A stretch of DNA of 63,989 bases, the filler included, from Octopus bimaculoides (taxonomy: Eukaryota): NCBI RefSeq assembly GCF_001194135.2. It is 5 parts of 5 records of this genome, joined end to end, with 100 filler letters (N's around TTAATTAATTAA, not from the genome) between each part and the next. Parts side by side here need not be neighbours in the genome. Positions count along the whole stretch, not along the records: positions 62,948 to 63,989 come from NC_068985.1; 4 more parts are not named here. The stretch is one strand, 5' to 3'. Below, piece after piece: positions 63,765-63,989 of this stretch (positions are counted from its first letter, which is position 1; each line of letters starts with the position of its first letter). A program made the position numbers and the translations under genes. The notes below the pieces were generated by a model. The model searched no databases and had not been told where the DNA came from. It saw only the letters and a list, made by a program, of their open reading frames with translations.

Positions 63765-63983
63765 ATAATCTTTTCTACTATAGGCCCAAGGCCTGACATT
63801 TTTGGAGAGGGGGATACTCGATTACATTGACCTCAGTACTCAATTGGTACTTAATTTATCGGCTCCGAAAAAATGAAAGGTAAAGTCGACCTCGGTGGAA
63901 TTTGAACTCAGAACGTAACGACAGGGTGAAATACCACTAAGCATTTCACCCGGCGTGCTAACGATTCCGCCAGTTCGCCGCCC
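63765..63983 (-). mobile_element. Full-length tRNA-derived SINE, family 2 (head aggcggcgagctggcagaatcgttagcacg)
   Basis: B-box gagttcaaattcc; related copies at 1395-1613, 2085-2279, 7603-7790, 9105-9278, 13492-14060, 14885-14990, 34625-34833, 56955-57150, 60140-60270, 60440-60590 and 63410-63605. Confidence 0.9.
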
Positions 63984-63989
63984 TAATAA

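Overview
AT-rich, microsatellite- and transposon-saturated eukaryotic DNA, about 10% N. The repeat families and simple-repeat load point to a coleoid cephalopod, most likely Octopus (inference from recognition, no database search). The window is not one contig: four artificial 100-bp joins (N44-TTAATTAATTAA-N44) split it into five scaffold pieces (1-26795, 26896-36294, 36395-57279, 57380-62847, 62948-63989). The only host gene I can identify is an internal part of Mediator subunit 25 (MED25, + strand): four phase-compatible exons between 57829 and 62073, including a 22-nt microexon, all on one 5.5-kb scaffold piece. The rest is mainly tRNA-derived SINEs, decayed LINEs (Tx1/L1, Dong/R4, CR1-like, RTE), Penelope-derived pieces, a mariner remnant, MITE/Helentron-like elements and microsatellites. 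Nearly all entries in the ORF track are microsatellite or N-gap artefacts. Most interesting: (1) a ~500-bp head-to-head palindrome in a MED25 intron, each arm a tRNA-like head joined to a Penelope-type tail carrying a minimal hammerhead ribozyme; (2) a second Penelope family with a variant hammerhead core; (3) a nested fold-back at 28.2-29.5 kb around an NRF1/ETS/YY1-type promoter core. I found no convincing wholly new multi-gene system.
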